Assembly: GCF_006345805.1 (NCBI RefSeq)
Contig: NC_042997.1
Location: 203,236,001-203,300,000, forward strand
Reading direction: 5' to 3'
Length of the DNA stretch: 64,000 nt
Source of the DNA: Octopus sinensis
Taxonomy: Eukaryota
A program made the position numbers and the translations under genes. The number at the start of each line of letters is the position of its first letter. Positions within the stretch are counted from its first letter, which is position 1. The notes under the pieces were generated by a model. That model was not told the origin of the DNA and made no database searches. It saw nothing but the letters and a program-made list of their open reading frames with translations. This document shows, one piece after another, positions 12,211 through 24,569 of the stretch.

Positions 12211-13104
12211 AATCAATTTGTACCCAGCCACCCACCCTTTTAACCATTATGTAATTATAATACAAAAACCATTGTCAGTGTATTTTCATTAATTTTGAAA
12301 ATAATTAAGGATTTGGAACAATTGTTGTTAATAAGATGGTGTTTGTCACATAACCTTAAAGGTTGTCAAAATTATAACAAATTATAATTTAAACAAATCC
12401 TTTATATAATAAAATCAAGTGTAGTCAAACTAATTGGTATTAAGAGTTAAGACAGAGAGAGATTTGGTTGCTATTTCTAGTCAGTTGGGTAACCATATCA
12501 AGCTGGGGAAATTTTGTAGGACCAGAAGTGAACTGGGGCATAAGAACCTATGCAGGCGACACTGGTGCTGAAAAAAATTAATGAATCTTTATTTTTACAA
12601 ATTCATGAGAATGGAAATGGTTTTACTGCTTTGGTTTTTAAGGCTTTAAACCATTTTTTTCTTTCTTTCTTCATATAGATTCTTAGAGACTTTGACAGCA
12701 GGCTATTTCAAATTGGAATGTGAACATTTCATCTGGGTATGATGAGTTCCCACACATTTGGAATAAAGGTTTTCTTGGATCTAGTTGGTTTGGTTGCCAG
12801 CATCATTTTCTGTTCAAACTGATTTCATATTCAGTGTAACAATACACTTTTATAGGCTAATGAATGACATGAAAATCATTTTCGCTATAAATTAATAAAT
12901 AGAGAGTTAGTAACAATTGAAGTTTGAAAATTTTGGGTAATTTTAGCCAATCGTAAGCCACAGACACATTCATGTCTGTTTCAAGCCAAACATGGGAACT
13001 CTTTCCATAGCAAGAAAGCACATGTTGACAAATATATGCTACACAATGCCACATGCGTTGACACTATGTTCTGTTGCTTGTACCCTGGTTGTGAGATGTG
13101 CTAA

Positions 13105-13625
13105 AAATAACAGCTAAATAGGCCTTAAACCATGCCCAACTATCCCCATTAAAAACTTTTTTGCATAATTGTATGAATTCCTGTGCGCAGAGTACAAATT
13201 TGCAAAAATTTTCTGAAAATTTCAAATTTTAAAAAAGTTACAAGGGGTTATACATATATCATACATTAAGCGGAATTTGATTTGTTTACAGTTTCATATA
13301 AAAATGTGCTATTTTTAGAATGCTGACAACATGTGCAGTCATGCACAAAATGACAGCTTTCAAATCCCATTTCCCGACTGAGTGAAAATGATCAAACTTT
13401 AACCTCTATAACTTTCTTAAAACACTTTTCTGGAAAAAGTGAAATAACTCCAGCAATTCAGCTTGGAAAAGTATATTAATGTGCCAAATTTTTTAATTTT
13501 CAGTAAACTTTAACTTTTGAAATGTTGGGTGCCAAACTAACTAGATGTGTTTTCTTCATTGGCTCATCTTATAACCAATTACAAAACACCAGCAATGCTG
13601 AATGGGCATAAAGCCTAAGGTCAGC
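13105..13625. mobile_element. Unclassified DNA-transposon-like non-autonomous element
   Basis: Imperfect terminal similarity TAGGC..ATGCCCA / TGGGCAT..GCCTA. The internal sequence reads like non-autonomous DNA element filler. TSD not resolved. Confidence 0.3.
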
Positions 13626-13845
13626 CTCTCCAAACTATATTAAACTAATATAATTAGTAACGGCATGAAGAGAAAATTCAATAGCACATAGCTTTGGGGT
13701 CCTTCTTAAAGTTAAATAACCCCTAACACAAAGAGCTGAATCTTTACTTACCATAATGAATTTAATTCTTTCCATGTCACACTTCAAACAGAAAGTCAAG
13801 AGAAGAGAACATGAATATATTATCTGATTCATGTTTTATTAGCAA

Positions 13846-14346
13846 CTAGCTGGCCCCATGGCGCCATCAAAAACGCTGGCTAATTGTAGTATTTTATATA
13901 TAACTATGGATGGTAAATCAAATTAATACACTTGTCAATGTTATCTGGTGGTTGTCTTTTGAGATGTGACATTGATCATAGTTTGTTACTGAAAAAACGC
14001 TGGTTCAAACATACAAACATTCACATACTTCCCTTGTACATGCATACACACAGACATATACTCACACAGAGTTGAAACACTGATTTTTCATTTCAGCTTT
14101 GAACGTTCACCATCCTACTTCCATTGCGTCCGTGCACATGCACATGCACACACACACACACACACACACATATCTATATAAACTCACACAGTGTTGAAAC
14201 ACTGATTTTGTTTTTTCACTGCAGAATTTCCATCATCCCACTACCAAGTTTGTCATCACCCCTTCCTTCCTAATTCATCTATCACCCCTTCCTTTCTCAT
14301 TCATATGTTGTGATGAAGAAATACGCACAAGTCTTATTATAGTAGA
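13846..14346 (-). mobile_element. Non-autonomous Helitron
   Basis: Minus strand A|TCTACTATAATAAG ... GGCGCCATGGGGCCAGCTAG|T: 5' TC, 3' CTAG, palindrome ATGGCGCCAT about 10 nt from the 3' end, inserted in AT with no TSD. Internal duplicated CTCACACAG.GTTGAAACACTGATTTT. Confidence 0.8.
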
Positions 14347-14384
14347 TATTATGATTGCCCTGATATATTTATAGGTTTATGATA

Positions 14385-14897
14385 CTGCTGCTTTTCACCC
14401 TTCCTTGCCTCCTTCCAGAGCCACTTCTATCTCTTTCGGCCAACTCTAACCACCTGTCACTCTCCTTTCATACACTTAGGAACTTACCCACTCTTTCTCT
14501 CCTTCTTCATCCTCTGTCCCTATTCTCACTTGTACTCATCTTCTTGGGTCTCAAGAGCATGCTTTATCTCCTCTATAGCAAGACACCTCTGCTTCTCCCT
14601 TATACCAAGTACACCAAGTACAAAACCACCTGCCCTCCCCTTAAATACACTCCCACTTAATCAAGAGGTCCATTTCTTTGTTTTGCAAGTTACTTGGTGA
14701 CTTCACAAGTGCCAGTGTCATGAAAAAATGCACCCCATACACTGTGTAAAGTGGTTGCCATTAGGAAAAGCATCCAGCTGTAGAAACCATGCCAAAGCAA
14801 GCATTGGAGCTTGATGCAGTCCAGTGGTTTGTTAGATCCTGTCAAACCATTCAGCTCATGCCAAAACATGCAAAACGGACATTAAATGATGATGATG
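14385..14897 (+). mobile_element. RTE-tailed element with pyrimidine-rich 5' part
   Basis: CT-rich body, then TTGCAAGTTACTTGGTGAC..AAAGTGGTTGCCATTAGGAAAAGCATCCAGCTGTAGAAACC..(ATG)n. Related to 24570, 56690(-), 31265(-) and 39050(-). Confidence 0.7.
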
Positions 14898-15504
14898 CAC
14901 CAAGTAAATTTCTCATTTTTTTTCTTTTTACTTAGTACATCATAAATATTTTATAGTAACTTTTTACTTTAACATTTTAGCAAAATCAATGGTGTTAAAA
15001 TATATCAAATCAAAAATTAAAGAAATAAAATACAAATATATTCATGATATTCAGATTTTATAATAATCAATTCTAATTATAAAGGAATTATAAATGAAAT
15101 TTACAAGTCTACTTAATCTATAATTACATATCCTTTGAGAAATTGCCCCAAGAGTCATTAAAAATATTCCTTAAAAACAAATAACAGTGAGACATGCATG
15201 TAACTACATAGAGGGAACCTTTATGACACGACTAGATTTACTAGAAATAGCAGTCAATTCTCAAAACTACACCCTACAATCTTATAGGAAAATATGTTGG
15301 ATCATGGAATCATAGGTACAGAAATGGGGGGGGGGGGATTAGTATTGAACTGAAGTTAAATGACACTGGAGGCAAAACATTTTCTAAACCTCAGAAATGA
15401 ACAAAAAAATCTAAAATTAGCTTCTTAAACATTGCTTCATGCTGGACACTTAATTCCTTGGAATTGTAGACCATTACGACAAACAGCATGTCTTGGGTAT
15501 TCTT

Positions 15505-15732
15505 GGCGAGCTGGCAGAAACGTTAGCACGCCAGGCGAAATGCTCAGCGGTATTTCGTCTGCGGCTATGTTCTGAGTTCAAATTCCGCCGAGGTCGACTT
15601 TGCCTTTCATCCTTTCGGGGTCGATTAAATAAGTACCAGTTACGCACTGGGGTCGATGTAATCGATTTAATACCTATGTCTGTCCTTGTTTGTCCCCTCT
15701 ATGTTTAGCCCCTTGTGGGTAATAAAGAAATA
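15505..15732 (+). mobile_element. Young full-length SINE family D
   Basis: tRNA-like head GGCGAGCTGGCAGAA..GAGTTCAAATTCC, core GTCGACTTTGCCTTTCATCCTTTCGGGGTCGATTAAATAAGTACC, many intact CpGs, 9-bp TSD GGTATTCTT at 15496-15504 and 15733-15741. Confidence 0.9.
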
Positions 15733-16309
15733 GGTATTCTTAGACCTGATAGAGACCATCCGACTCTAGGTCTGACCACAAGTGATTTCTTTCAGAATAA
15801 GACACATACAGACAGACAGGCAGGCAGAAAGAGGGAGAGAAAAGGAACAATCTACACCAGTACAGGACTGATTTACAAAATTAATCACAAAGTGTCTTCC
15901 TAGAAATGAACAACAGGCTGACTGAATCAGCCTGTGCTACTAGGAGAATGGATGACCATGATGGCTGAGAGCTATGAACAGCAAGATAAAAACTGATCCA
16001 ATACACACCATTTTGATTTAGATCTCTGAAGACATATAATTGGATGGAGAAGTCTAATGAATAGGAAGGTTACACCAATAACCTTAATCTAAGGCAACAG
16101 CTAGAAGACCAGGTAACATTGTTCAGTGCATTGCATCTAAACTCCAGATATCTGACGGCAGATAATGCAGACACCTTCCATCATTAGTACAATGAAGGAT
16201 GCAGAGTGAGGTAATGATATTATATAGTATTCTATGACATCACATTCTCCATATCACCTTTAATTTTGACTTAAAGTCTGTTATAAGCCCTAGGATTCAT
16301 AAACCAGCC

Positions 16310-16545
16310 TCGTGGTATATAAGTGACTGATATTACAACATACCTGCTTGAACAGGATGGCAGTTCGTCACAGGGTTAACATCTAAGCTATTGCTAAGAA
16401 TTCATTTACAGATGAGAGGACTGAGGCAATGAGAAGTGAAGTGTTTTGTTTAAGAATACAATGTACTGCCTGGTTTGGGAATTGAAACGTCAATCTTACA
16501 ATTGTAAATGCAACACCCTAACCATTAGGCCATGTACCTCCACTC
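16310..16545 (-). mobile_element. CORE-type SINE, old
   Basis: Minus strand AAACACTTCACTTCTCATTGCCTCAGTCCTCTCATCTGTAAATG matches the CORE domain consensus as I recall it; preceded by a tRNA-like head. Confidence 0.7.
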
Positions 16546-17309
16546 CACCTTAAAGTGGTCCTAAAATAATTCAAACATTGAACCCACTAAACTAACCTTC
16601 TTTGAAGATGAGGAAAATCCAAGAAATAATGCAAAACAACAAATGGTATCATAAATAATTTTATAGAGAAAAGAGAGAAACAGAAACGGCAAGAATGGAA
16701 AAGTTTAGACATTTAATTAAACAAGCCAAGTATTAGGCCAATAGGTCTTGCATTAACAAACAAAAGCATGAACATAATTATTTCTAAACTTTACTCTCTT
16801 CTGTGTGGATAATCTAACAGACTTGAAAATGACACTAACTGTTCTACACTGATCTTTAAAACTCCAGCGAATGTGTTATAAATAAATACCATGTAGGCGA
16901 GCTCTAAAACTACGGTCAAAGAAGAGAAAAGAACTTGCCTCTTAAGGTGAAGCATCAATGTTCTCTTTAAAAAGAAGAAAAGAAAAAGAAAACTATCCCA
17001 CACACACTTTATTCCTGATATTTGATGCAACATATCTCATCAAAGAACTTCAAATTGAGGGTGAAAATATGAAAACTGAGTCATTTATGGCAAATACTTT
17101 GAGATATCACAAGTGCCATTAGTGTTTCCTCTCAAAGGAATTGATCTGTTGGTAATGTCGATTAGAAAATACCAGTTCTAATCCACACCACATTCAAAAG
17201 AAGAATATCAGGTTCAAACTGCAAAGAAGATAATTTTTCAAACAATTCTCACACAATTTTGAATATATAGAAAGAAATTCAGTGAATTAAATGCTGCAAC
17301 ATACATACA

Positions 17310-17310
17310 T

Positions 17311-17372
<62 letters not shown>

Positions 17373-17392
17373 GTGTGTGTGTGTGTGTGTGT
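17310..17392. repeat. Compound microsatellite (CA)n(TA)n(GT)n
   Basis: Direct inspection. Other long tracts are at 1367-1424, 11812-11850, 22043-22100, 24085-24143, 26527-26562 (TAG), 33090-33145, 35803-35892, 39370-39445, 43695-43730, 53634-53664, 55259-55290 and 63820-63960. Confidence 0.95.
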
Positions 17393-17594
17393 TTAAAAAA
17401 AAAGCTCTCCCAAGTTGATGTCAGGCTGCAAAATTCCCAAGCATCAATTACAAAATGAAAACAAAAATAAACCTGAACACCAACAAAGCTCAGGCAAACA
17501 AGCAAAAGGAATTCTCTTGTGAGAAGCCATCTGTCTACATCAAACAAATTAGATTTCCTCAAAGACATTAGCAAAAAACTTCAAGAAGAAAATT

Positions 17595-18280
17595 TAATAA
17601 CTTAATGGCTCAATACCCTAAATCCTACCTATTCAATGAGGAAATTTTTTTTTTTTTTATTCTCACAACTGACTCTCAAGAGGGGTTCACATTAGACCAT
17701 ATTTGTGAATAGCTGGAATACTTCATTTCCGATAACAATTTATGCATATTTAATAATTTTCCTCCATACTTGCATGTAGGAAATGGATAATATACTTCCA
17801 TTGATCACACACTAACTGCTCCTTCCTTTCTTCCTCTCCAATTTCCATTCAGTGATGACCTGCATGGAAGAAACCATTTCCCCAGAATATTACAAAGTAA
17901 TAAAGCTTGTAGCAATGGAAAACTTTAGACAGAATATCGATGAAACAGATAGGAATCCGTTCCAATCCTACTCTACTAACAAACTAAATATTGATTATAC
18001 TTATGAACAGATTCATTGTTAAATTCTTTACCAACTACCTCTTGCCAGGCAACCATACCCAACACTACCAATTCCAAATTGTAAAGACAATCCTTCATAA
18101 AAATACTAAGGAAGACTGAAAAATAAGAAAAAAAATATACAAAACTAGGAAATGTACAAATAAGAAATACAGTTAAAAAGATAATAAAGTTGGAAAAAAT
18201 CCTAAGTACAAAAAATACTTCAAAAATAAACAAATATACTCTATTAAATGAAATATGGAAGATGTTACAAAAAAAAAAGA
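17595..18280 (+). pseudogene. I-clade (I/Nimb-like) LINE ORF2 remnant: AP endonuclease C-terminus and linker
   Basis: NNLMAQYPKSYLF ... LEYFISDNNLCIFNNFPPYLHVGNG*YTSIDHTLTAPSF..DDLHGRNHFP (cf. SIDL..DDL.GSDHFP) ... TIPNT ... SKINKYTLLNEIWKML. Confidence 0.7.
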
Positions 18281-18334
18281 GACAATAAGTCAGAACTGTT
18301 CACCACATACACACACGTACGTATATATCAAATA

Positions 18335-19100
18335 GGTGCAGGCATGGCTTCCTGACCAACTTTTTTACCTGACTAAGTAGTTTCAGGTTCAGCCCCACTG
18401 CATGGATCTTGAGCAACCAAAGCCTTATGAGTAACTGGGTAGATGGAAACACATCATATGTGTGTGTGTGTGCATGTGTGTGATCCTCCTCTTCCTCCTC
18501 CTTTAACACTCATCTTCTATGATGGCATGGGTTTGTAGGATCTGACAAACCAGAGAACTGTAGGGAGCTGCAAAGTCTGCTCTGACATGGTTTCTATGGC
18601 TGGATGGCCTTCCTAATACTATATATATGGATGTATATAGGAGTGGGTGGCGAATATGTCTGTCTTAACCCATATATGCCCATAAAAAAATTGAAGTCTT
18701 AAAATTTCACTGTATTTAGAATAAACGTTATGGTAAGCTTTCACAATCTGGAAGAGAAGGACAGTATGCAACTGTTAGCTATGGGTGTTGACTCCCTACT
18801 GAACATTTCATATGCTTCTCGGCGCATTCACGTCCAAACAAGTAGGAACAGGTTTTGTGTTGCGAAAATACAACCAGGGGTATCACACAATAGTTGTAAA
18901 CAAGCATCACCATCATTATGCAAGCAATGTCTCTTTCCAATCTTCCATAAAAACATGTCTGGCCATGGGAAAATATTACCTTGCTTGCAAATAAGTGAGA
19001 GATAACAACAAGAAGGGTATCCTGCCATATAAAATCTGCTTCAATGAATTCCATCTGACCCATGCAAGTACGAAATAGTGAACATTCAATGACATTGAAT
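18335..19100 (+). mobile_element. Cluster of SINE family B fragments plus a minus-strand RTE tail fragment
   Basis: Heads at 18335-18470 and about 18725-18800, tail 18880-19100, RTE tail fragment (-) at 18500-18620. Confidence 0.7.
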
Positions 19101-19137
19101 AAGCTAGACAAAACATTTCTTTAAAATGCTTCTTAAA

Positions 19138-19336
19138 CCCTTTAGCATCAAAATTACTCTGCCAAAAATAATACTTACTAATTAACATCACTTTGAATTT
19201 ATTATGCATTATCTTGTAATTTTGAGATTTTGACGAAGTAATTGTTTATTTTTGAAGTGACATTGTAGGGTTGGTGTGCAAGGCCAGATCTGACCAGTTT
19301 CAGTGTCTAGATATGATTGGTTTAAGTGCTAAATGA
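19138..19336. mobile_element. TTAA MITE family P1 (piggyBac-like)
   Basis: CCCTTTAGCAT ... GTGCTAAATGA|TTAA; homologous to the cleaner copy at 40809-41031. Confidence 0.7.
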
Positions 19337-20329
19337 TTAAACAACTATCTTTCTAGATTTAAAAAAAAAATTACATGAAAATTTATTCGTAAATTTTAAT
19401 TCAAATTATACTGAAAACTACAGCCATCCCTTTTTCCTTAGAATTCAGATTCTTTCACGAGAGATAGAAGTTCAACCATTCGTTGAAAAAGAAGCTGTTT
19501 CTAACCTTGTATTATTTGAAGAGAAGTCACAGCCATAATTAATCTCTTATGAGTATAAATGAACAACCATCACAACCATATTTCATCTCATCAGTATAAG
19601 TAAATAATCGCCACAACCATAGTTTATCCCTAGTGGGTGCAAGTTAACAAGCAAACCTATTTCTTAATTGCAATACACCAGAGATAATTATTCAAGACCA
19701 TATAATACAAAAATAAATAAATGAACAAAAATGTCTTTTAAAAAAATTCATTTTCCTTTGAAAACAAACTTAGGTAAGAAAATCTAAATTTTTAACATTT
19801 ACTGTCCTTCGTTATAAAAACTTTAAATTTATGTACACAGTTTTGTGATTTATAAATATTTATATAGACTGAAAGCTGGTCACAGTTAATCTTGAAAGAA
19901 ACTTAATAAGGTGTAATGATTATTAAAAAGGTAGAAAAATCCTGAGAGGACATAAAATATTAATTAACTCTACCAGAAACTTCAGTTCCTATTTGCATCT
20001 CTGCACTCTGTTTCATCATTTCCACTTCTTCCTCTTTTCTCTAGTTGTAAAATCTCTTCTCTCTCATTATAGACTATTATTTTATAGCTTGTAAAGTTGT
20101 TAGTGGTTTACTCATTTACTAACATTAATACTGTAAATTTAGTTGTTACTTGAAACCAATTTAACCTATAATTTCATATACTTCAAAGAAAAATATAAGA
20201 CATTTCTTTTATGCCATTTCTGAGCAACAACTGGTCAAAGTGAAGTTTTAAATCATTTAGATTTAAGCAAAATACTTTCCTCAAAAAATAAATAACAAAA
20301 AAAAATTCATATTACAAACTTTCTTGAGC

Positions 20330-20710
20330 AGTAGGTGGTAATTACATTTGCTTAGCAGCCACATGGTTCTGGGTTCAGTACCAATGCATGGCATTTGGGC
20401 AAGTGTTTTCTACTTTTGAATTGCCCAAAACCTTGTGAGTGGATTTCATAGATGGAAGATGAAAGAAGCCCCCCCTCATACGTGTGTGTGTGCGTGCATG
20501 CGTATGTGTCACCACTGCTTGACAACTAGAGTCGGTATGGTTACATCCCCATAACTTAGCAGTTCAGCAAAGGAGACCAATAGAATAAGTATCGGGCTTT
20601 TAATAAAAAGAAAAAAAATACAAGGCTGATTCATTCAAATAAAAATTCATGGTGGTGCCCTAGTATGGCCACAGTCTAATGACTGAAATAAGTAGAAAAT
20701 AAAAGATAAA
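20330..20710 (+). mobile_element. SINE family B with stem-loop tail (type 1)
   Basis: Head, (GT)n linker, tail GGTGCCCTAGTATGGCCACAGTCTAATGACTGAAATAAGTAGAAAATAAAAG. Confidence 0.85.
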
Positions 20711-21599
20711 TGCACGTTCATAAATACTGAAATCATGGGATATAGAAATAACTGATCGCTGTATACCCAGGGTAACTTTTTATTTCAAAGAAGTTACAGA
20801 TATTCACTGTTTTCTGACATCCAACAGAAAAATGTAGACACATGAATAGATTTCAAGTGAAACCAGACTGTTGATGTGGACCAGGTTGAAGTTTACATGT
20901 GAAGAGTTGAATTAGATTTTTCCTAACAAAAATATCATCATCATTGTCACATAATGTTTGTTTAATTCAAAATATAAAATGAAAAATTATTTAAAAATTG
21001 GCCAAGAACATGACTCAGATATCATGGATTCCAAATGGTTCAACTTTACAATGGACTGCGTTGTGTTTGTAAACTCTGAAATATGAATAACGAACTCTTT
21101 TGAGGTGTAGAGAATTGCACATATTGTTATCAAGAGAAACAAAAGCTTCTATTGTAAACCTACTTCTAGTGTAAACCTGCTTCTCTTATCTGCTTTTGAA
21201 ATTCATTATTTAAACAAAAGAAAAGAAAAAAGTATTATTAAATAAAGAAAGTATTATTTGAACAAAAATTGTGCAAACAATGCAGCGTACAGGTGTGAAC
21301 AAATATTGTCAAAACAAAATGTATTTCCTTCTCTCAGTAAATTCACAATTCAAAAGTAAATATACAATGAAAAACATCGAAATATGTGCCAAATATTAGG
21401 GGAAATTACAAAGTAACAGGAACAGTGTAAAATGTAATTTAATTTAAACAGGTTTGAAAACTTTTAGAAACCAAATTTAGCATTTAACACAATAAGTATC
21501 ACATTTGTGTTTTATTATTTTCAATTGTTCATTGGAGTGATTTTCTATCTATAAACCAGAGTTATAGAGAGAAAAATATGATAATCTTTATAAAACAAT

Positions 21600-21775
21600 C
21601 CTTTCTATTTTAGGCACAGTGGGGCTAGCTGATTACATCCACCCCACTTACTCAATTGGTACTTATTTTATTGGCCCCAAAAGGGTGAAAGGTAATATCA
21701 ACCTCAGCGGAATTGAAATGCTGAATGTAAAACTGGAAGAAATGCCACTAAGGATTTTGTCACCTCACCACTTTT
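21600..21775 (-). mobile_element. SINE family D, decayed
   Basis: GGTACTTATTTTATTGGCCCCAAAAGGGTGAAAGG is the reverse complement of the family D core. Confidence 0.7.
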
Positions 21776-21949
21776 AATCCTTAGATGATAATAGCAAATA
21801 TAAATGTCTGTTGGTTCATTGATTTCTCCAAGTCATATTTATACATCATATATATATATAATATAGAATGATTTTCGTCATTTCTTTCTCTTTTACCTGC
21901 GTTGTTTGTTTTTTAAGTGCTTTGGTTTTACTGGGATCTCCCTTTTAAG

Positions 21950-22045
21950 TAGAAAGAATAGCCAAAACTTTTCGACTGGTATTTCTAAATTCGGTGTGTG
22001 GTGAGGCAAATCGTTGCTGAACCCTTAATTACTTAGTATTACTAT
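21950..22045. repeat. Single-arm homolog of the 45653 fold-back element, next to (TA)n
   Basis: GGTATTTCTAAATTCGGTGTGTGGTGAGGCAAATCGTTGC aligns with the reverse complement of 45653-45720 (GCTATTTCTAAAATTTTCGGTATGTGGTTAAGCAACTTGTTGC). Confidence 0.6.
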
Positions 22046-22050
22046 ATATA

Positions 22051-22103
<53 letters not shown>

Positions 22104-22669
22104 GGAGTATAAATATTATATATTTATCATTCATTTTATACTTTTTGAGATCTAGTTATAAGTTATATGTTTTATAAAAATATGTTATTTGTTATTTATG
22201 TATTGGTTTATGTCTATCACTGGTTTAGTTGCATAATAGTGGTTTTTATCTCTAATTCATATTTTATATATATATATAGTGAGAGAGAGAGAGAGAGAAA
22301 TAAAGATAGATAGAAAGGTACAGGATGTATGCACAAACTAGATTTGATGGTATGCAATGAGTAAAAGCACACACACAAAGAGAGACAGAAAAAATCAGAG
22401 GAGGAAGAGAGGGTAAATGACAGTATTTATGAGAGGAATCATACAAATGAGAAACAAGAAGTTGTTCTCCATAGAGAAAAAAACAAAAGTGTTTAGCATA
22501 TTCTTGTTCAAATCTGCCAAAACATATTAAGAATGAAATATGTACATTGTTTTGGTTTATTGAATCTTATTTGAAGATAATAAATATTCTTCTTTTGAAA
22601 ATTAGTATTCATTTCATCGTTTTTGTCTAAGAATCAAGAAATTAGATAGAAGTTAAACAATAAGCAGAA

Positions 22670-23052
22670 TATTCTTTTATTTCTTTCAGTCATTTAACTG
22701 CAGCCATGCTGGAGCACTGCCTTTAGTCAAACAAATTGACCCCAGGACTTAGTCTTTGTAAAGCTAGTATTTAGTCTATTGGTCTCTCTTGCCAAACCAC
22801 TAAGTTACAGGGACATAAACACACCAAAATCAGTTGTCAAGTGATAGTGGGGAGGACAAACACAGACACACAAACATATACATATATACGACAGGCTTCT
22901 TTCAGTTTCCATCTACCAAATCCACTCACAAGGCTTTGATCAGCTCAGGGCTATAGTAGAAGACACTTGCCCAAAGTACCATGCAGTGGGACTGAACCTG
23001 GAGCCATGTAGTTGGGAAGAAAGCTTCTTACCACACAGCCATACCTGCGCTT
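22670..23052 (-). mobile_element. Near full-length SINE family B (type 1 tail)
   Basis: Complete head-linker-tail order on the minus strand. Confidence 0.9.
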
Positions 23053-23619
23053 GCCATACTTTTTTCATATCACTCCATGGTGGTGAAATCATACTTCCAA
23101 AGTTACCCATCGAACAAGAGGTAAAATTCTAGAGTTTTCATAGTGCTATTCTGTATTAGGAATAACACAAATTTTGTGGAAGGAGAGAGATATGAAAAAT
23201 TACCAGTCTCTAAGTTTGTTCTTCATTGTCAGCATAAGTGACATGAAAGAGGAGAAACACTATGAAATTGATGTCACCATTTAAAATGAACAATAACTTA
23301 CTTTCTTAGCAACATGATAAAAGTTGCACATATATGCTCTCACAGCTATTACAAAGCAAAATATCATTTGTAAATGAACACAAGTACATAAAAATGCAAC
23401 AAGTTCCAAATAGATTATATTAGCACTATAGTGTTACCCAGCATATGATAGGTAACTTTGAAAGTATACTTTCACCATCATAAATAATATCAAAATGTAT
23501 AAAATACATACAAAAGTTATAATTTTAACTATTAAATTTCTTGGTGTTTATATAAAATGAATGCTAATTTTCAAAATAAAATATTTATTACCTTGAAATA
23601 TATACATGTTAACAAAGAA

Positions 23620-23930
23620 AGTAGTCTTTGTGTGTAGAAAGTGTGTAGGTACAATAAATGCTAAAAATGTACATAAAATAGACTTCATCAAATGCCCAGG
23701 GAGATACTTAGAAGTAGTAGACAGCTTCCATTACCTAGGTGACCAAGTCAGCAATGGAGGTGGATGCTCTGAGAGTGTAGCTGCTAGAATAAGATGGGTA
23801 AAGTTCAGAATGCTCCTACCTCTGTTGGCAACAAAGGGCCTCTTCCTCAGAATAAAAGGTAGATTGCATGATGCCCATGAGTGAACAGTCGTACTACTTG
23901 GCAGTGAAACATGAGCTGTCACTGCAGTGG
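23620..23930 (+). pseudogene. RTE-clade reverse transcriptase C-terminal fragment
   Basis: LEVVDSFHYLGDQVSNGGGCSESVAARIRWVKFRMLLPLLATKGLFLRIKGRLHDAHE*TVVLLGSET*AV matches the RTE thumb region YLGD..GG..ARI..W.KF.....G.LY...V....YGSETW. It is truncated by a (GGAC)n(GCAC)n(ATAC)n tract. Confidence 0.85.
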
Positions 23931-24094
23931 ACGGACGGACGAACGCACGCACGCACGCATACATACATACACTCACACACACATACATACACAGATACTT
24001 CAGCATCCTCAGTCACATTTGGTGACAATAAAATTTGTCCCTTATGATATTATATTGTGCCTAGCTGTTTATATTACTTTTTATATTATATATA

Positions 24095-24143
<49 letters not shown>

Positions 24144-24144
<1 letters not shown>

Positions 24145-24516
24145 TAGCTGATGTACCTGGTAATTCTTGGGAAAGTAGGGCTTATCCCTTGGTTCCATTT
24201 TCATAATTGTTCCGCTAATCCAATAACAACAATACAAAGTATGTTGCCCTTAAAACAGGTTTTGTGCATTTACAGAAAACAGTGAACAGTCTTACACAGG
24301 ATTTGTTTTTAGGAATTCCCAATAAGTTATGAATACCCAAATTGTGAAGTTAATAATGTAATAACATGAAATTAGTTACCCAAGAGAAAGACTTCAAATA
24401 AAGTAGCCCCGAAAAGGGCTTTAATGCATTCCCAGATTATATACAACTTAGAAGGAGATACTAATAAGCTATGTATACTAAAATCATGAAGCATGTTACG
24501 TAATAGGCTAATAAGA
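24144..24516 (-). mobile_element. Non-autonomous Helitron inserted at the edge of (TA)n
   Basis: 3' end on the minus strand ..GAATTACCAGGTACATCAGCTAG|T; probable 5' A|TCTTATTAG at about 24516. Confidence 0.6.
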
Positions 24517-24569
24517 TATGAGATAATAACAATTCAAAGTAAATAACTCAGAAAAGGCACACCTGTTTC

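Noticed and set aside
11900-12240. Protein-looking minus-strand frame (GGWVQIDYDDPGFIVSEWFE...) considered as a NUMT or viral fossil
   Set aside because: It contains TAA as well as TGA stops, so the mitochondrial code does not rescue it. The plus strand shows transposase-like motifs that explain the composition better.
12680-12737. Plus-strand exon-like segment FLETLTAGYFKLECEHFIW
   Set aside because: The acceptor is good but the donor (GTATGA) is weak, there is no recognisable homology, and it is expected by chance in 64 kb of AT-rich DNA.
23302-23345. Minus-strand 44-nt exon-like segment ending in GTAAGT
   Set aside because: The acceptor is mediocre, and it could not be joined in frame to the other minus-strand candidates.
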